NCBI GenBank assembly: GCA_000503875.1
Contig: CP006913.1
Location: forward strand, 600,001-632,000
DNA: 32,000 nt
Source: Candidatus Saccharimonadota bacterium
Lineage (GTDB): Bacteria > Patescibacteriota > Gracilibacteria > Absconditabacterales > Absconditicoccaceae
Direction of reading: 5' to 3'
How positions within the stretch are numbered: position 1 is the first letter of the stretch; each line of letters begins with the position of its first letter. Below the pieces are notes generated by a model that ran no database searches, was not told the DNA's origin, and saw nothing but the letters and a program-made list of their open reading frames with translations. Positions 9,457 to 20,310 of the stretch are shown one piece after another. A program made the position numbers and the translations under genes.

Positions 9457-9642
9457 CTATTCCCAAGAATCATCTAATTGATTCTCAAAGGAAACAAGCT
9501 TATCAGTCGAAACAAATCGATGATTTTTTCTCATCCAATCATACCAATCGAATGATTCTTTTTCTTGTGCTTGTGTTCTTTGTTTCTGCGAAGCTTGGTT
9601 TTTCTTTAACCAACTACTTCTTCTTCTCATTTTTTTAACCAT
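9457..9642 (-). CDS. Small basic hypothetical protein (61 aa)
   Basis: ATG 9642 is in frame with ORF 9457..9729 and the stop is TAG 9457-9459. The TTG start given in the track lies upstream of the predicted transcription start. No family was recognised. Confidence 0.4.
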   Translation of the reverse strand: MVKKMRRRSSWLKKNQASQKQRTQAQEKESFDWYDWMRKNHRFVSTDKLVSFENQLDDSWE

Positions 9643-9728
9643 AAAAAATATAATTAATTTTTGTCCTCGATCTTTTATTTTTAAGATCTCGGTGCTTATT
9701 TTTTTGCTACATACAACGTAGCAAGGCA

Positions 9729-9756
9729 ATTATAATCTTTTAAAATACCTTTTCAA
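9729..9756 (-). promoter_or_regulatory. Promoter of the 61-aa gene
   Basis: On the minus strand, TTGAAA (9756-9751), a 16-nt spacer, then TATAAT (9734-9729). A 7-7-7 inverted repeat, 'ttgctac..gtagcaa', at 9704-9724 spans the expected transcription start. Confidence 0.45.
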
Positions 9757-9761
9757 GGACA

Positions 9762-9790
9762 AAAAAATCCCCACATAGGTAGGGATTTTA
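9762..9790 (-). terminator. recA terminator
   Basis: The minus strand reads 'aaaatccct acctatgt ggggattttttt', about 30 nt after the recA TAA. Confidence 0.55.
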
Positions 9791-9820
9791 ATGGTTACTT
9801 TCACTTTATTTTATCTTATT

Positions 9821-10912
9821 TTATTCCAATTCAGCAGTAGCTTCACTAATTTCAGCATTTTCTATATCAATTTCATCTTCAGCAGCTTGTAAAGCATCAT
9901 CATCCAAGACTTTTTTACCCATTCTTATTTCTTTGATTTTACCTTGGATATCTTTTTCGATAGAATTTCTAAGTTTTTCGTCAGTTTCAAGAAGTTGTAT
10001 AAATTTTTCTTTTCCTTGAATTTTTTGACCACCAATAGTATAAAATGCTCATGATCTCGTAGCTAATTTAAGGATACTAGCTGCTTCAACCAAATCAGCA
10101 ATATGATCATATCCCATCTTCCATCTTACAGGAAGTTCTGCTGTCTTAAATGGAGCGAATATTTTGTTTTTTGCAACTTTGATTTTTGCATAATAACCAA
10201 CTTGTTCTTTATCATCCATTATTTTTTCTCATTTTCTAATTTCTATTCTTTGAGAAGCAAAAAATTTGAGTGCATTACCTCCAGATGTTGTTTCTGGATT
10301 ACCAAACATTACTCATATTTTCATACGAATTTGATTGATAAATACACAGGTAGTACCACTTTTTGCTAATACTGAAGCTAATTTTCTAAGTCATTGAGAC
10401 ATCATTCTTGCTTGAAGTCACATATAGCTATCTCCCATATCTCATTCTACTTCAGCTCTAGGAACTAAAGCAGCTACTGAATCTATAACAATCAATTTAA
10501 CAGCTCCAGATTTTGCTAATTCTTCTGCTATTTGTAATGCTTGTTCTCCATGATCAGGCTGAGAAAGAAATAAGTTTTCTGTATCAACACCCAATACTCT
10601 TGCATAGTGAGGATCAAGCGCATGTTCAGCATCAATAAAAGCCGCTACTTGTCATCTTTTTTGTATTTCTGCGATAGCGTGAAGTGCTATTGTTGTTTTA
10701 CCAGAAGATTCTGGACCATAAATTTCTACAACTCTTCATTCTGGATATCAACCACCCAAAATAAGATCTAAAACATACGATCAACTATGAAATGTACTAA
10801 CCATTCCAACGTTTGCATTTTCTCCCATTCTCATAATGGCTCATTTTCCGAAGTGCTTTTCAATGGTTTTGAGTGCTTCGGTCAACTCCGGTTTGTTTTT
10901 CTGTAAGGTCAT
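9821..10912 (-). CDS. recA: Recombinase RecA (363 aa)
   Basis: I translated the full gene, from ATG 10912 to TAA 9821-9823. It has 11 in-frame TGA. Motifs are '[12 protein letters not shown]', '[10 protein letters not shown]', '[17 protein letters not shown](TGA)DMGDSYMG(TGA)LQARMMSQ' and '[10 protein letters not shown]'. Confidence 0.97.
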
Positions 10913-11001
10913 ACTATATATATAGAGTGTAAAACTAAGAAATGACTAAGAGAAGGTAAACGCAGAGACGTTTCAAATCTTCTCATTCATCGTCACAAAG
11001 A

Positions 11002-11029
11002 ATTTTATTGTTCTTTTTCAAAAAATCAA
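11002..11029 (-). promoter_or_regulatory. Candidate recA promoter
   Basis: On the minus strand, TTGATT (11029-11024), a 16-nt spacer, then TAAAAT (11007-11002). Confidence 0.4.
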
Positions 11030-11063
11030 GAGATTTTTTAGTAGTCTTGAACTAGCATATTGT

Positions 11064-11116
11064 ATTTTGTCAAAAATTACTGTTATTTTGTCAAAAAAGA
11101 CTTGATTTTGTCAAAA
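11064..11116. promoter_or_regulatory. Three phased direct copies of the 12-mer ATTTTGTCAAAA in the recA-lexA divergent intergenic region
   Basis: Exact copies lie at 11064-11075, 11085-11096 and 11105-11116, spaced 21 and 20 bp apart. The core TTTTG-T-CAAAA is a palindrome. The third copy overlaps the lexA promoter (TTGATT 11102-11107, TATATA 11124-11129). Confidence 0.5.
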
Positions 11117-11171
11117 CATTTTATATATATAAGGTGTAAATAATAAAAAATTTATTTATTAAATATTTCTC

Positions 11172-11795
11172 ATGCTCAAAAAACAACTTCTGGATGAAAT
11201 CCAAAGAGCACTCATTGCTTTCTTCAAAAAAAACACGGATAACGAAAGCATCACTCTTAGAGAAATTGCTGCTGCTATCGGAGTAAGCCATCCACAAACT
11301 GTTCTCAATAAACTCAATCAACTTGTTCTTAAATGATATTTCATCAAAGATGAAGCTGGATATCATCTCATTAGAGAAAGTATTACTGATCAACGAAACG
11401 ATGTTATTCAACTTCCTATTTATGGATTTGCACAATGCGGAAATCAAGGTAAAAAAATTCTTGACGAATATACCCAAGAAAGACTCCCTGTCACACCAGC
11501 AATGCTTGGTATAAAAGATCCTTCTAGATGTTTTTTCGTCAGAGCAAAAGGAAATAGTATGGAACCAAAAATCCAAGATGGAGACTTAGTTCTAGTTCAA
11601 CAACAAGATAATTATGATCAGAATGAATATGTATTTGTGGTGCACAACGATCTTCCAAAGCTCAAGAAAGTTGTCAAACAAGAAGATAAACGATATCTAG
11701 AATCCGTGAATAGATTCTTTGACAAGATGGAAATCAGTAAATTCGATGAGACCAAAATTGTAGGAGTGATCAAAAAAGTAATTAAAAATTTCTAA
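11172..11795 (+). CDS. lexA: LexA-type repressor (winged HTH plus S24 peptidase, 207 aa)
   Basis: Starts at ATG 11172, in frame with ORF 11502..11795, with one in-frame TGA. N-terminal 'ITLREIAAAIGVSHPQTVLNKLNQLVLKGYF'. 'FAQCG' is a possible Cys-Gly cleavage site, as in UmuD. It has the 'RAKGNSMEP' Ser nucleophile and 'LPKLKK' Lys. It is divergent from recA. Confidence 0.85.
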
Positions 11796-11842
11796 AGTAG
11801 TCGCCGAGATTTCTTGTCTTCGAAATATTTTAGAAATAAACA

Positions 11843-11869
11843 AAAATCCCCACAAAGGGGATTTTTTTT
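11843..11869. terminator. Bidirectional terminator between lexA (+) and the NlpC/P60 gene (-)
   Basis: The sequence is 'aaaatcccc acaaa ggggatttt' followed by a T-run, with an A-run on the other side. Confidence 0.6.
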
Positions 11870-12920
11870 ACGCTGCTTGATCCAAGATATTTTCTTTAGG
11901 TCAATTATAAGCCATTAATTGATCATAATCAACATGTCAAACATACAAATCTGACTTATGCTTTTTCTTCTTTTCTTCTTCGAGAGAAACTTTTCTTTCG
12001 GTTACTCAACTTACTCCATTCGATTCAATAATAGTTATTTTCCCAGAAGCATAATCCACTTCCTTAACAAATGCTACATGATGAATACGATAAGTATCTC
12101 CATCTTTTTTTATCTTTGGAATAGGTCCAACAGAAAAATTATACTTAGGATTTTTACTATCCCAAAATATCAGATCACCAGGCTTTACTTCAACCGCTCA
12201 AGTTAACGCGTTTCATTCTTCTTTAACAAGTTTTTCTGTCTTTAAATTATTAAACATTGCTCTTCATTCAGCTCACATTTCTTTAAGTCAGATCTGACGT
12301 AACGCATAAACAACCAATCATGAACAATCCAATCCTTTTTTCAAACTTTCTCTTCCTCATCGTTGATATTTTACATTATTTGTTTGATCATATTTTAAAA
12401 TTTTATCTAACATAGCCAAGAGTTTTTCTTGTTTAGATCATTTCTCCGCTTCAATGGTCTCTTGGATATCTTGATCTACTTGCTTTTGTTCTGCGACAAT
12501 TTTTGAATTATCAATAGGAGTATCATTTGCCGATAAACCAACTTCTTTTCTCAAATCACTCAATTTATCTGAAAGGGATTTTGCATCTTCTGCATCAATT
12601 TTTGCTATTTTATCTTTGACTGCATCCAATTTATCCATTGTCTCTTTTTCCAAAACTCTTTTCAAAATCATACCCAAGAGTACCTTATCTTTGATTCAAT
12701 CCAAAACACCTTCATGAGTAAGATAATCCTCTACTGTTCATGTTTCTGATAATATCAATCATGGCAAAGAACCACTTTCTTGTTGAAGTTTAGTAAAATA
12801 TTCTTTAGCAAAATCCTTTTTCAATTGCAAAAGTTCATCATCTACCTCAGGCTCTTCCTTGTTTTCTAACTCATCATCATCTTGTTCCTTTTCCCCTACT
12901 TCTTCTGCTTCTTTTGTCAT
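11868..12920 (-). CDS. NlpC/P60 (C40) cell-wall peptidase with a ~190-aa acidic coiled-coil N-terminal extension and no signal peptide (350 aa)
   Basis: I translated the full gene, from ATG 12920 to TAA 11868-11870. The catalytic motifs are 'GLDCSGLVVYALRQ' and 'YRIHHVAFV'. The N terminus is 'MTKEAEEVGEKEQDDDELENKEEPEVDDE'. Confidence 0.85.
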
Positions 12921-12942
12921 AACAATAAATTATAAATAAAAA

Positions 12943-15900
12943 TTAAGCTATTTTTTCTATTAAATCTGTAGCAATATTTTCTGGATATCACATAGCAATT
13001 AGATAACTTTTCATTTCTTGTTCTTTAAATATTCAAGATTCATCGATATATTGTTTCTCTTTTATATCAAGAAGTTGATATTTAACTTCTCATCAATCAA
13101 GGCTATAATGTAAATTTATATCTTTTGTAGCTTCAAGCCTAGAAAGAGATTCTTGTAAATCTTGTTCTACTTCCTTCATTTGTTTATAATTAATAAGTCT
13201 TTTAAAATGGATTGAAATCTGATTTCATTCTTTCTTCGTCGTCAAATCATCAAAGTTATTTATAGACATTCTTTGAGCGGTCGCAAACTTAATCAACGCT
13301 GATTTCTGATCATCGCTCATAGTTGGCCAATCTTTTTGGATTTTTTCTTCCAATACTCCTTTATCCATTTTTTCTATTTCAGCGAATTGTTTTTTCTCTT
13401 CATCAGATGCACCGTCAAAAAGTTCACCATAACCAACATATCATAGATAGCAAAGAAGCGCTACTCAGGACAATCTAAGTCAGGCTCCTTTCAAAAAAGT
13501 TAATGCTTCAGCTCAAAATGCGGCATATTCTCAAGCTTTTAAAATACGAATACCATCTCTCGCCATTTTAAAAACCCCATAACTTCACTTTCCAACTGAT
13601 TGTAAAAATGACCAAGAATCTCTAATTGGTGACATCATATATTTAGCAAATCAACTAAGAGAACCTGTCTTAATTGCATAGAATCCATCTAAAGCAAAAA
13701 GTCCTGCACCAATACCCGCTCCTCATAATGACTGGAATTTTCCATCCTTAACCGTCAATCCATCAGAGATCAACATAACTGGACCAACCAATGGTGTTAA
13801 ATATCCAAATCCTTCGGCAATAGTACGAACAAATGATTCATTTCCTTCTGGATGAGAAAGTTTCTCCAACATATCGCTTCCCATCATAATCAACGGAAAT
13901 CCTTTAAATAAGGTCTTAAGAATTTCTGGAGAATGCCTTCCAATAGTTTTTATATTATCGAAGAATGCCTTTGCATCATCTACATTATTCAAAGCAAATT
14001 TAACTTCATCTGCATACTCTACCATACCAGAAAGTTGTTTTCCTTTTGAAAATCTTCTAAAGAAATTTCTTACATCATTAAGCAAAGCATCCGATTGTAA
14101 CATTTTTCCTTGGAGTTTAGAAAATTCCTTCATTTTACCAATCAATTCCATTTCATACGGAAACTTAGACCATGGAAGATTAACATTTTTCCCGAAAAAC
14201 TTTTTCCATGTTCAAAAGGAATCTTCAGCAAAAGCTAGGGATTTATTCATATTGGCGTCTATAATATTTCCTGCTGCAGATTTTACTTTATTTAAATTTT
14301 TTCCCCAATGAATACTTGTTTTTAATTCTGTAAGAACAGCATCAAATCATTGACTTTTCAATGCTGATTCAATTTCTGGAAATGTTTTTTTGGTACTCAT
14401 AATATCAAAAATCGCAAGATTTTTTTTCATTGTTCCAACAACATCATCCAAAATACTAGCTCATCCAACAGTTTTTATTTCTTTTAGAATTCACGTATTT
14501 GATAACCCATCTTCTAATTGTTTAAACACCTGTAATTCTTTTTCAAAATTTCACCAAACTCCTCCTTTTCGATATGCAGCAGTTTTTCAGATATCTCCTC
14601 ATGTTCTTTGAAGGAAAAGAGCTCTCATTCATTCTCCAGCCAAATATCCTGCATGGGCTGCAACATTCCAAAACCATCAACCACGCCTATACATCATTCC
14701 CCAAAGCGCCATCTTCGAATCTACATCTAATTTTTTATTTTGTTCTTTAATATATCAGGTTAGGTCTTCTACCGACATAGAAGTAAAGGTTGTTTTCATA
14801 ATATTAGAAACCAATCAAACTGATCCTATACCAACGTTTAATACTGCTTTTCACGAAGGTAATACAACACTATCTATAATAATATCTTTCCATGAAATTA
14901 ATCATTCGTTTTTCATTCTTATCAAAAGATCAAAGATTCCCTTTGCAGGCATAGCAACCAAAGAGAAAAATTCTCAAAGGGTATCATATGTTCATTCTCC
15001 ATGATAAGCATCTTGCATTTTTTGTCATTGATTTTTTACATACGATTTAGGATCTCGTTCTTGACTCCATTCTGTAAATACTTTTTTAAATTTTTCTTTA
15101 TCAAGTTTCTTTCCAAATTTCTTTTCGAAAAAACTAAATAAACCATTTTCCATTTTATCATGATATATTTCTTTCTCTTTATCAGCCCAATCAGCAACGG
15201 TTTCTTTAGCTGTTTCCAATTTATCCTCAATTTTTTCAACAATATCTTCCACCTTCAAAGTATCTATATTAGCAATCAGATTTTTCAAATCTTTACCAAC
15301 AAACCAACCAACAACAGTAAGTCAAACCGTTCCTATAAGTCGTTCTTTAAATTTAGAAACAGGTTTTTTGTTTATATGTTTATCTACCAAATAATCATAA
15401 ACTGGTTGTGCAAGCCAACTTGACCATCGATGTTTTTCAAGATCTGTTTTCATAGTTTCAAAAGCTTTTTTCTTGGCTTCATCCAAAGTTGGAGCGACAG
15501 CAGCTACTCCTTTTTTCAATAAATCCAATGATTTTTTATGCTCAGATAATGTATCATGAAGCTCTTTTACTTTTTCCTGATCAACTTCATCAAGATGTTC
15601 TGCTTTTTGTTCAAGATGAGAAACTATCGTAATAATTGATTCTAAATCAGTTTCTTGCAAAGAAGTTTTTACCAATAGATTTTGTTTAAGTTGATTTAAA
15701 AGTTTTTTATCATGTTGAGACAAAACGGAAAATCACAAAAGACGATCTATATATTGAGAAAGATGTTGTTCTTGCTCCTGTTTCTTTGCTTCATCTGTAG
15801 AAGAAAATATGTTTTGTTTCAAGCTTTCTAAAGATTTTCTGGTATCTTGAAAAACAATCTTAGCATCAAGATTTTCTGTATTTTTGGGAGTACTTTCCTG

Positions 15901-15957
15901 ATTATTATCAGGAGATAGAAATTCCATTCACTTTTTTATAATATCTTGAAAGCTCAT
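12943..15957 (-). CDS. Very large membrane protein (1004 aa), family not recognised
   Basis: Runs from ATG 15957 to TAA 12943-12945. ORF pieces 13723..14151, 15025..15288, 15322..15723 and 15733..15927 share the frame, and I translated all the gaps. Only TGA interrupts it. The first ~200 aa are coiled coil. Hydrophobic Gly-rich segments follow ('LTVVGWFVG', 'VLNVGIGSVGLVSNIM', 'GGAGIGAGLFALDGFYAI', 'GVALLCYLGYVGYG'). There is no signal peptide. Confidence 0.8.
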
Positions 15958-15978
15958 AAAATCAATAAAAAAATAAAA

Positions 15979-18066
15979 TTAATCTTCTTTCTTATCGGGA
16001 GTAACTTTTATATCGGGAGTGAGTTTTTTATCAGCTCGCTCAGTGATATCTGTTACAAAAGGTTCTACTTGTGTATATAAATTATAACCAAGGAAACCAT
16101 ACATACCCAATTTTACTACCTCTGCAGAAGCTTTGACTATTTTAACAACTTTAGCAACTCTTCATCAAACTTTAACAGAAGATTTTAAAGCAAGACTAGC
16201 AGCATTTCATGCACCACCAGAGAATATTCATGCAACATCAAGAACAACAGATCCCAATCAAACTCATGCTCTGATCCATCTATCTTTTGTTGTTAAATCT
16301 CTCGATGCAATACTTCTATCAAATATAGCAGTTCAAATATCATATAATCAACCAACAAAAGGAAGAAGAGATACTCATAAATCACCTGCCTGCCATCATA
16401 TATCTTCCCATGATTCTGTTCAGTTAGCTCCTTCTATAGCTAATCCCAACAACATTCATCAAATCATAAATTTTCAAGCTTTAGTTTTTTTCATAAAATT
16501 ATCTATACCACTATTGATTTTCATTGTTTTTGTAACAAAAATCGAATGTTTTTCCAATTTCAGAATTTCTGCTTTAGTTAACTTAGATAATTCAAATCAA
16601 GCCGTTCATTCGGCTTTAGTTATTTTTTGATTTGATTGTTTTATAATTTCTTTTGCTTCTTTTTGATATTTTTCTTTATTTTTTGGATCATTTTTCGCTT
16701 TATTATCAAGATATTTTAGTTGTTCTTGTGTTTTTTTATGAATTTCTTTGATATCAGTTTCTATTGTATCAATTTTCTTTTTTGTTTGTTCAAATTTTTT
16801 AGATTCTGTTTCAACACCAGTTTTTATTTGTGCTATATTTTTTCAAAACTTTTTAGCAATAGAACTTCCATATTTCATTTCAAAATCTTTCAACGTCTTG
16901 ATTTTACCAGTTTCTAAATCATTAAGCATAGCTGTAATATCTTTTTTATAGAGAGAAAACTCTTGTTTCAAAGACGATTCTTTTAGCCACTTTGTCATCC
17001 AAGAATGAACATCTGATCTAATTTCTACTCATTTTCTCAGAGCTGCATCAGGATATTTAGTAAATGGTCATCAAGATAAAATATAGCTAAACCTTCCTTT
17101 CAATGTGTTTCATCTCCAAGTTCACATATCAAATTTAGGAACAAATCCCATTTGATACATTCTCATTAAAATATAAAATTCTGAATTTCATTCTTCTATC
17201 ATTTTTTCAACTTCTTGTGTAGCTCACACTTCTTCATCACTCAATTCAACATCTTCTGCCGGAACTTGATTTTGGCTATCTAAATTCTGATCTTTATTTT
17301 CATCCGAATCAACTGGCAAAATTTGTTCTTGATCATTTTTTTCTTCATTTTTTTTATCACTATTTTCATTTTCTTCTTTATTTTCAGCTTTTTCTTTCTC
17401 TTCTTTTTTTGCTTTTGCTTCATCTGTCCAGGGGAACCAAGATTTTACTTCTTTTGTCCATTCATCAGGAATAATTTTTCTACCAAGCCACAAGGCTCCA
17501 GTAGCTATCCCAGACCAAAGAATACCTTTGAAAATTCTTTTGAAAAAGCCAGGTTTTTCTTTTTTTCCTGATTCCTCATCTTCAGCATCTTGAGAAGATT
17601 CTTTGAGCTTTTTATCTGTCCACGATTTTATACTTTTTCCAATCAAAGGAAGATTTCCCAAAGTATTTGCTATTAATCATCCATAAAACATATTTGCAAA
17701 GAAACTAGGAGTTCATTCCTTTTCTTCTTCATCTGACTCTTTTTTTTCATCTTCTTTATCGTCTTTTTTTTCATCTTTTTTGAGTATTTCATCTTTTAAT
17801 CCATCAAGTTCTGTAGAAAAAGAATCTATTTTTTTTGAAAGATCTTCCAACTTTTTAATTTCATCTGCATTTTCATCTACATCTTTTTTAAGTTCATCGA
17901 GATGCTCAGTTATTTCTTCTTTTACCAAAGAAATATCTTCAGAAACTTCTTTCTGTTCTTTTTGACGTTTATCAGCATCTACCTGCTGTTTTACCTCAGC
18001 AAGATGCTCCTCAATTGTTTTAACTCTTTTTTCAAAACATTCTATTTTTTTAATATTATTTGTCAT
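15979..18066 (-). CDS. Large membrane protein (695 aa) with an acidic coiled-coil N terminus and a Gly-zipper, PT-TG-like C terminus; family not recognised
   Basis: Runs from ATG 18066 to TAA 15979-15981. ORF pieces 17224..17661 and 17713..18078 share the frame, and I translated 15979-17223. Hydrophobic segments include 'GILWSGIATGALWLG', 'FMIGGMLLGLAIEGANG' and 'DLGVSLLPFVGGLYDIGTAIFDRSIASRDLTTKDRWIRAGVGLGSVVLDVAGIFSGGAG'. The plus-strand ORF 16133..16630 is its antisense shadow. Confidence 0.8.
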
Positions 18067-18127
18067 TAGAAAACACAATACATATAAAGCTTTCTAATTA
18101 TAATCCAAACACCTCTAAAAAACCAAA

Positions 18128-18152
18128 AAATCTGCCCTTTCCCAGCAGATTT
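18128..18152 (-). terminator. Terminator after the deaminase-sufS unit, upstream of the large-protein operon
   Basis: The stem 'aaatctgc' / 'gcagattt' has a 9-nt loop. On the minus strand it is followed by 'tttttggtttttt'. Confidence 0.5.
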
Positions 18153-18211
18153 TACTTGACATATTTTGTTAATATATTTTAAGAGAAAAAGTTGATTTAT
18201 TTATCAATTGA

Positions 18212-18423
18212 GCAATAAAAATAACAGAATAAAAGAACAAACAAATATATCATAAGTGAGCGCTTTATATTTTAGGCAGAAAAAACACATGGAGCCGATT
18301 TGTTTGTGTTTTTTGCCGTTAAAAAATATAAACAGCGAACGTTGATATATTGTTTATTATTAAAATCAAACTACAAACGGTGATATATTTGTTTATGAAT
18401 ATATTTTGTTTATTTTTTATTGT
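18212..18423. repeat. Structured intergenic element E1 (~212 nt): long imperfect terminal inverted repeats closing nested hairpins
   Basis: The left arm, 'GCAATAAAAATAACAGAATAAAAGAACAAACAAATATATCA', pairs imperfectly with the right arm, 'TGATATATTTGTTT..TTATTTTTTATTGT'. There is an inner hairpin at 18275-18317 (GGCAGAAAAAACACA..TGTGTTTTTTGCC). It shares its termini with E2. Confidence 0.5.
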
Positions 18424-18436
18424 GAAAATATATTGA

Positions 18437-19630
18437 TTATATCTTACTCAATACCTCAAAAAACTTCTCAACATCTTCTTCATCATTGTAAATATACGTA
18501 CTCATTCTACACGTACCTCCCAATCCCAATTGTTTATGCAATGGATACGCACAATGTCAGCCACAACGTACAGCAATATTATGTTCAGCAAAAATTTCTC
18601 AGATTTTATTAAAATTTAATTGATTTTTCAAAACAAAAGAGAAAGCTCCTACCCTATTTTCTGATACAAAAGTCCCTATTAAATCTACTTTACCAGCCAA
18701 TAACTCAAATCATTTCAAAACTTTTTTTACAATTTCTTGTTCATGTTCCCACATTTTTTGCATTCATCCAATATTATTTATATATTCGATTGCTTTCAAA
18801 AGACTAACCGCACCTATAATATTTGGTGTTCCTGCTTCAAATTTATCTGTTCCTGAAGTCAAAGTATGACCAGTAACACTCACATCCTCAATAGTTCATC
18901 ATCAAGCAATCATCGGAGATAATTTTTTAAGTCGTTCTTTTTTGAGATAAGAGCCACCAATTCCTGTGTATGCCATCATTTTATGACCAGTAAACACTAG
19001 AGCATCACATCCTATATCCAGGACATCAACCACAAAATGAGGCACAGATTGAGATCAATCTATCAAAAAGAATGTATCATCACGTAATTGTTGTTTAAGT
19101 TTTTTAACATCATATATTTGACCTGTCACATTGGAAACGTGGCTACAAGCAACAACTTTTACTTTTTCATCATATTTTTGAGAAAAATCATTTCGATCTA
19201 GCGTATAATCTTCTTTTATTCAAAAAAATTTCACTTCAAATCCGTATTCTTCCGCCAAAATTTGCCAAGGTAAAACGTTTGCATGATGCTCCCAAATCCC
19301 AAGTAAAACCACATCTCCTTTTGTCAAAACTTTAGATCTCACTAATGCTCAGGCTATAATATTTATAGCATATGTTGAATTGTAGGTATAAAAAATTTCA
19401 CTTGCTTTACACCCAAGTAAACGAGCAACAGCCGTTTTACTATCATAATAAGCTTTTTCTGATCTTTCTGAAAGTTCATATAATCCCCTATGAATATTTG
19501 CATAATCATGAGCTACAAAATCAGAAACTCCATCAATCACCACCTTTGGCTTTTGACAACTCGCCCCATTATCCAAAAAAACCAATCATGGATTATGCTC
19601 AAATATCGGAAAATCTTTTTTATACATCAT
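18437..19630 (-). CDS. sufS: Cysteine desulfurase, SufS/CsdA-type class V aminotransferase (397 aa)
   Basis: Runs from ATG 19630 to TAA 18437-18439, in frame with ORF 19349..19585. I checked every triplet in 18440-19348 and found only TGA. Motifs are 'FLDNGASCQKP', 'HHANVLPWQ', 'CSHVSNVTG', 'FTGHKM' and 'VRCGGHCA'. Confidence 0.9.
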
Positions 19631-19641
19631 AATTTTATAAA

Positions 19642-20109
19642 CTAATATAAAATCTTATCCTGTTTTTCTGCCCATTTTTGGAAAACTTTAATGGCTTCAT
19701 CACGAAGCAACTGTTGCATCGGTAAATGTCTTTTTTCCAAAGGTCTATCCAATTCTTCATAAATGTATTGATCATCGAAATTAATATGTGCCGCATCTTC
19801 CTTGGTATTTCCATAATACACTTTATCAAATCTCGCCCAATAAATCGCGCCCAAACACATAGGACAAGGTTCACAACTCGTATATAATTCACATCCATCA
19901 AGTTGAAATGTTTTCAAATTTTGACATGCATCACGAATAGCTGTCATTTCTGCATGAGCTGTAGGATCATTAGTTGAGGTTACTTTATTTCGCCCTCTTC
20001 CTACTATTTCTCCATTTTTGACAATCACTGCCCCAAAAGGACCACCCGCATTTGATTCCATATTTTTTAGAGATAATGCTACTGCTTCTCTCATAAACTC
20101 TTGGTTCAT
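19642..20109 (-). CDS. CDA-fold zinc deaminase, guanine-deaminase (GuaD)-like nucleoside/base deaminase (155 aa)
   Basis: An intact ORF from ATG to TAG. Motifs are 'PTAHAEMTAIRDA', 'TSCEPCPMCLGAIYWA' and the C-terminal 'FDDQYIYEEL'. It lies 11 nt upstream of sufS. Confidence 0.85.
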   Translation of the reverse strand: MNQEFMREAVALSLKNMESNAGGPFGAVIVKNGEIVGRGRNKVTSTNDPTAHAEMTAIRDACQNLKTFQLDGCELYTSCEPCPMCLGAIYWARFDKVYYGNTKEDAAHINFDDQYIYEELDRPLEKRHLPMQQLLRDEAIKVFQKWAEKQDKILY

Positions 20110-20163
20110 AGTTTTAATAATAAATAATGTAAAATGAATAGTTTATAATAATTTAATAATTGA

Positions 20164-20310
20164 GCAATAAAAAGAACAAATAAAATGAATTACATTATCA
20201 ACAACCCAACATTATACATAGTCAAAGCAGCAATACAATTATAATTAGAAGATAATTCTAAACAACAATATTGCTTTGATAATTAATGAGTTTTATTTGT
20301 TTTTTATTGC
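20164..20310. repeat. Structured intergenic element E2 (~147 nt), related to E1
   Basis: 'GCAATAAAAAGAACAAATAAAA' (20164-20185) pairs with 'TTTTATTTGTTTTTTATTGC' (20291-20310). Nested stems include 'ttatcaa/ttgataa' and 'agcaata/tattgct'. The flanks 'ATTGA' and 'GAAAG' are shared with E1. Confidence 0.5.

Noticed and set aside
11020-11039. The 8-4-8 palindrome AAAAAATC-AAGA-GATTTTTT overlapping the candidate recA -35 as the SOS box
   Set aside because: It is built almost entirely of A/T runs, which arise easily by chance at this base composition. It is present only once. I cannot support it from the sequence alone.
16133-16630. A 165-aa plus-strand ORF, together with other long antisense ORFs such as 11121..11576 (-), 10103..10369 (+), 30293..30637 (+), 25080..25364 (+) and 7736..8017 (-)
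   Set aside because: Each lies antisense to or overlaps a well-supported gene. They have low-complexity, Phe/Ile/Leu-rich compositions typical of shadow ORFs in AT-rich DNA.
11868-18066. A prophage or conjugative-element origin for the large-protein/NlpC-P60 operon
   Set aside because: No integrase, relaxase, VirB4/VirD4 ATPase, portal, capsid or tail genes and no att-like direct repeats are visible in the flanks. The neighbours are housekeeping genes (lexA, recA, sufS). I keep this only as an analogy.
18067-18436. The long intergenic regions (18067-18436 and 20110-20326) as a tRNA, tmRNA, RNase P, SRP RNA or oriC
   Set aside because: I could find no cloverleaf, none of the conserved RNase P or SRP motifs, and no clustered DnaA-box-like 9-mers. 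I report them as unclassified structured elements instead.
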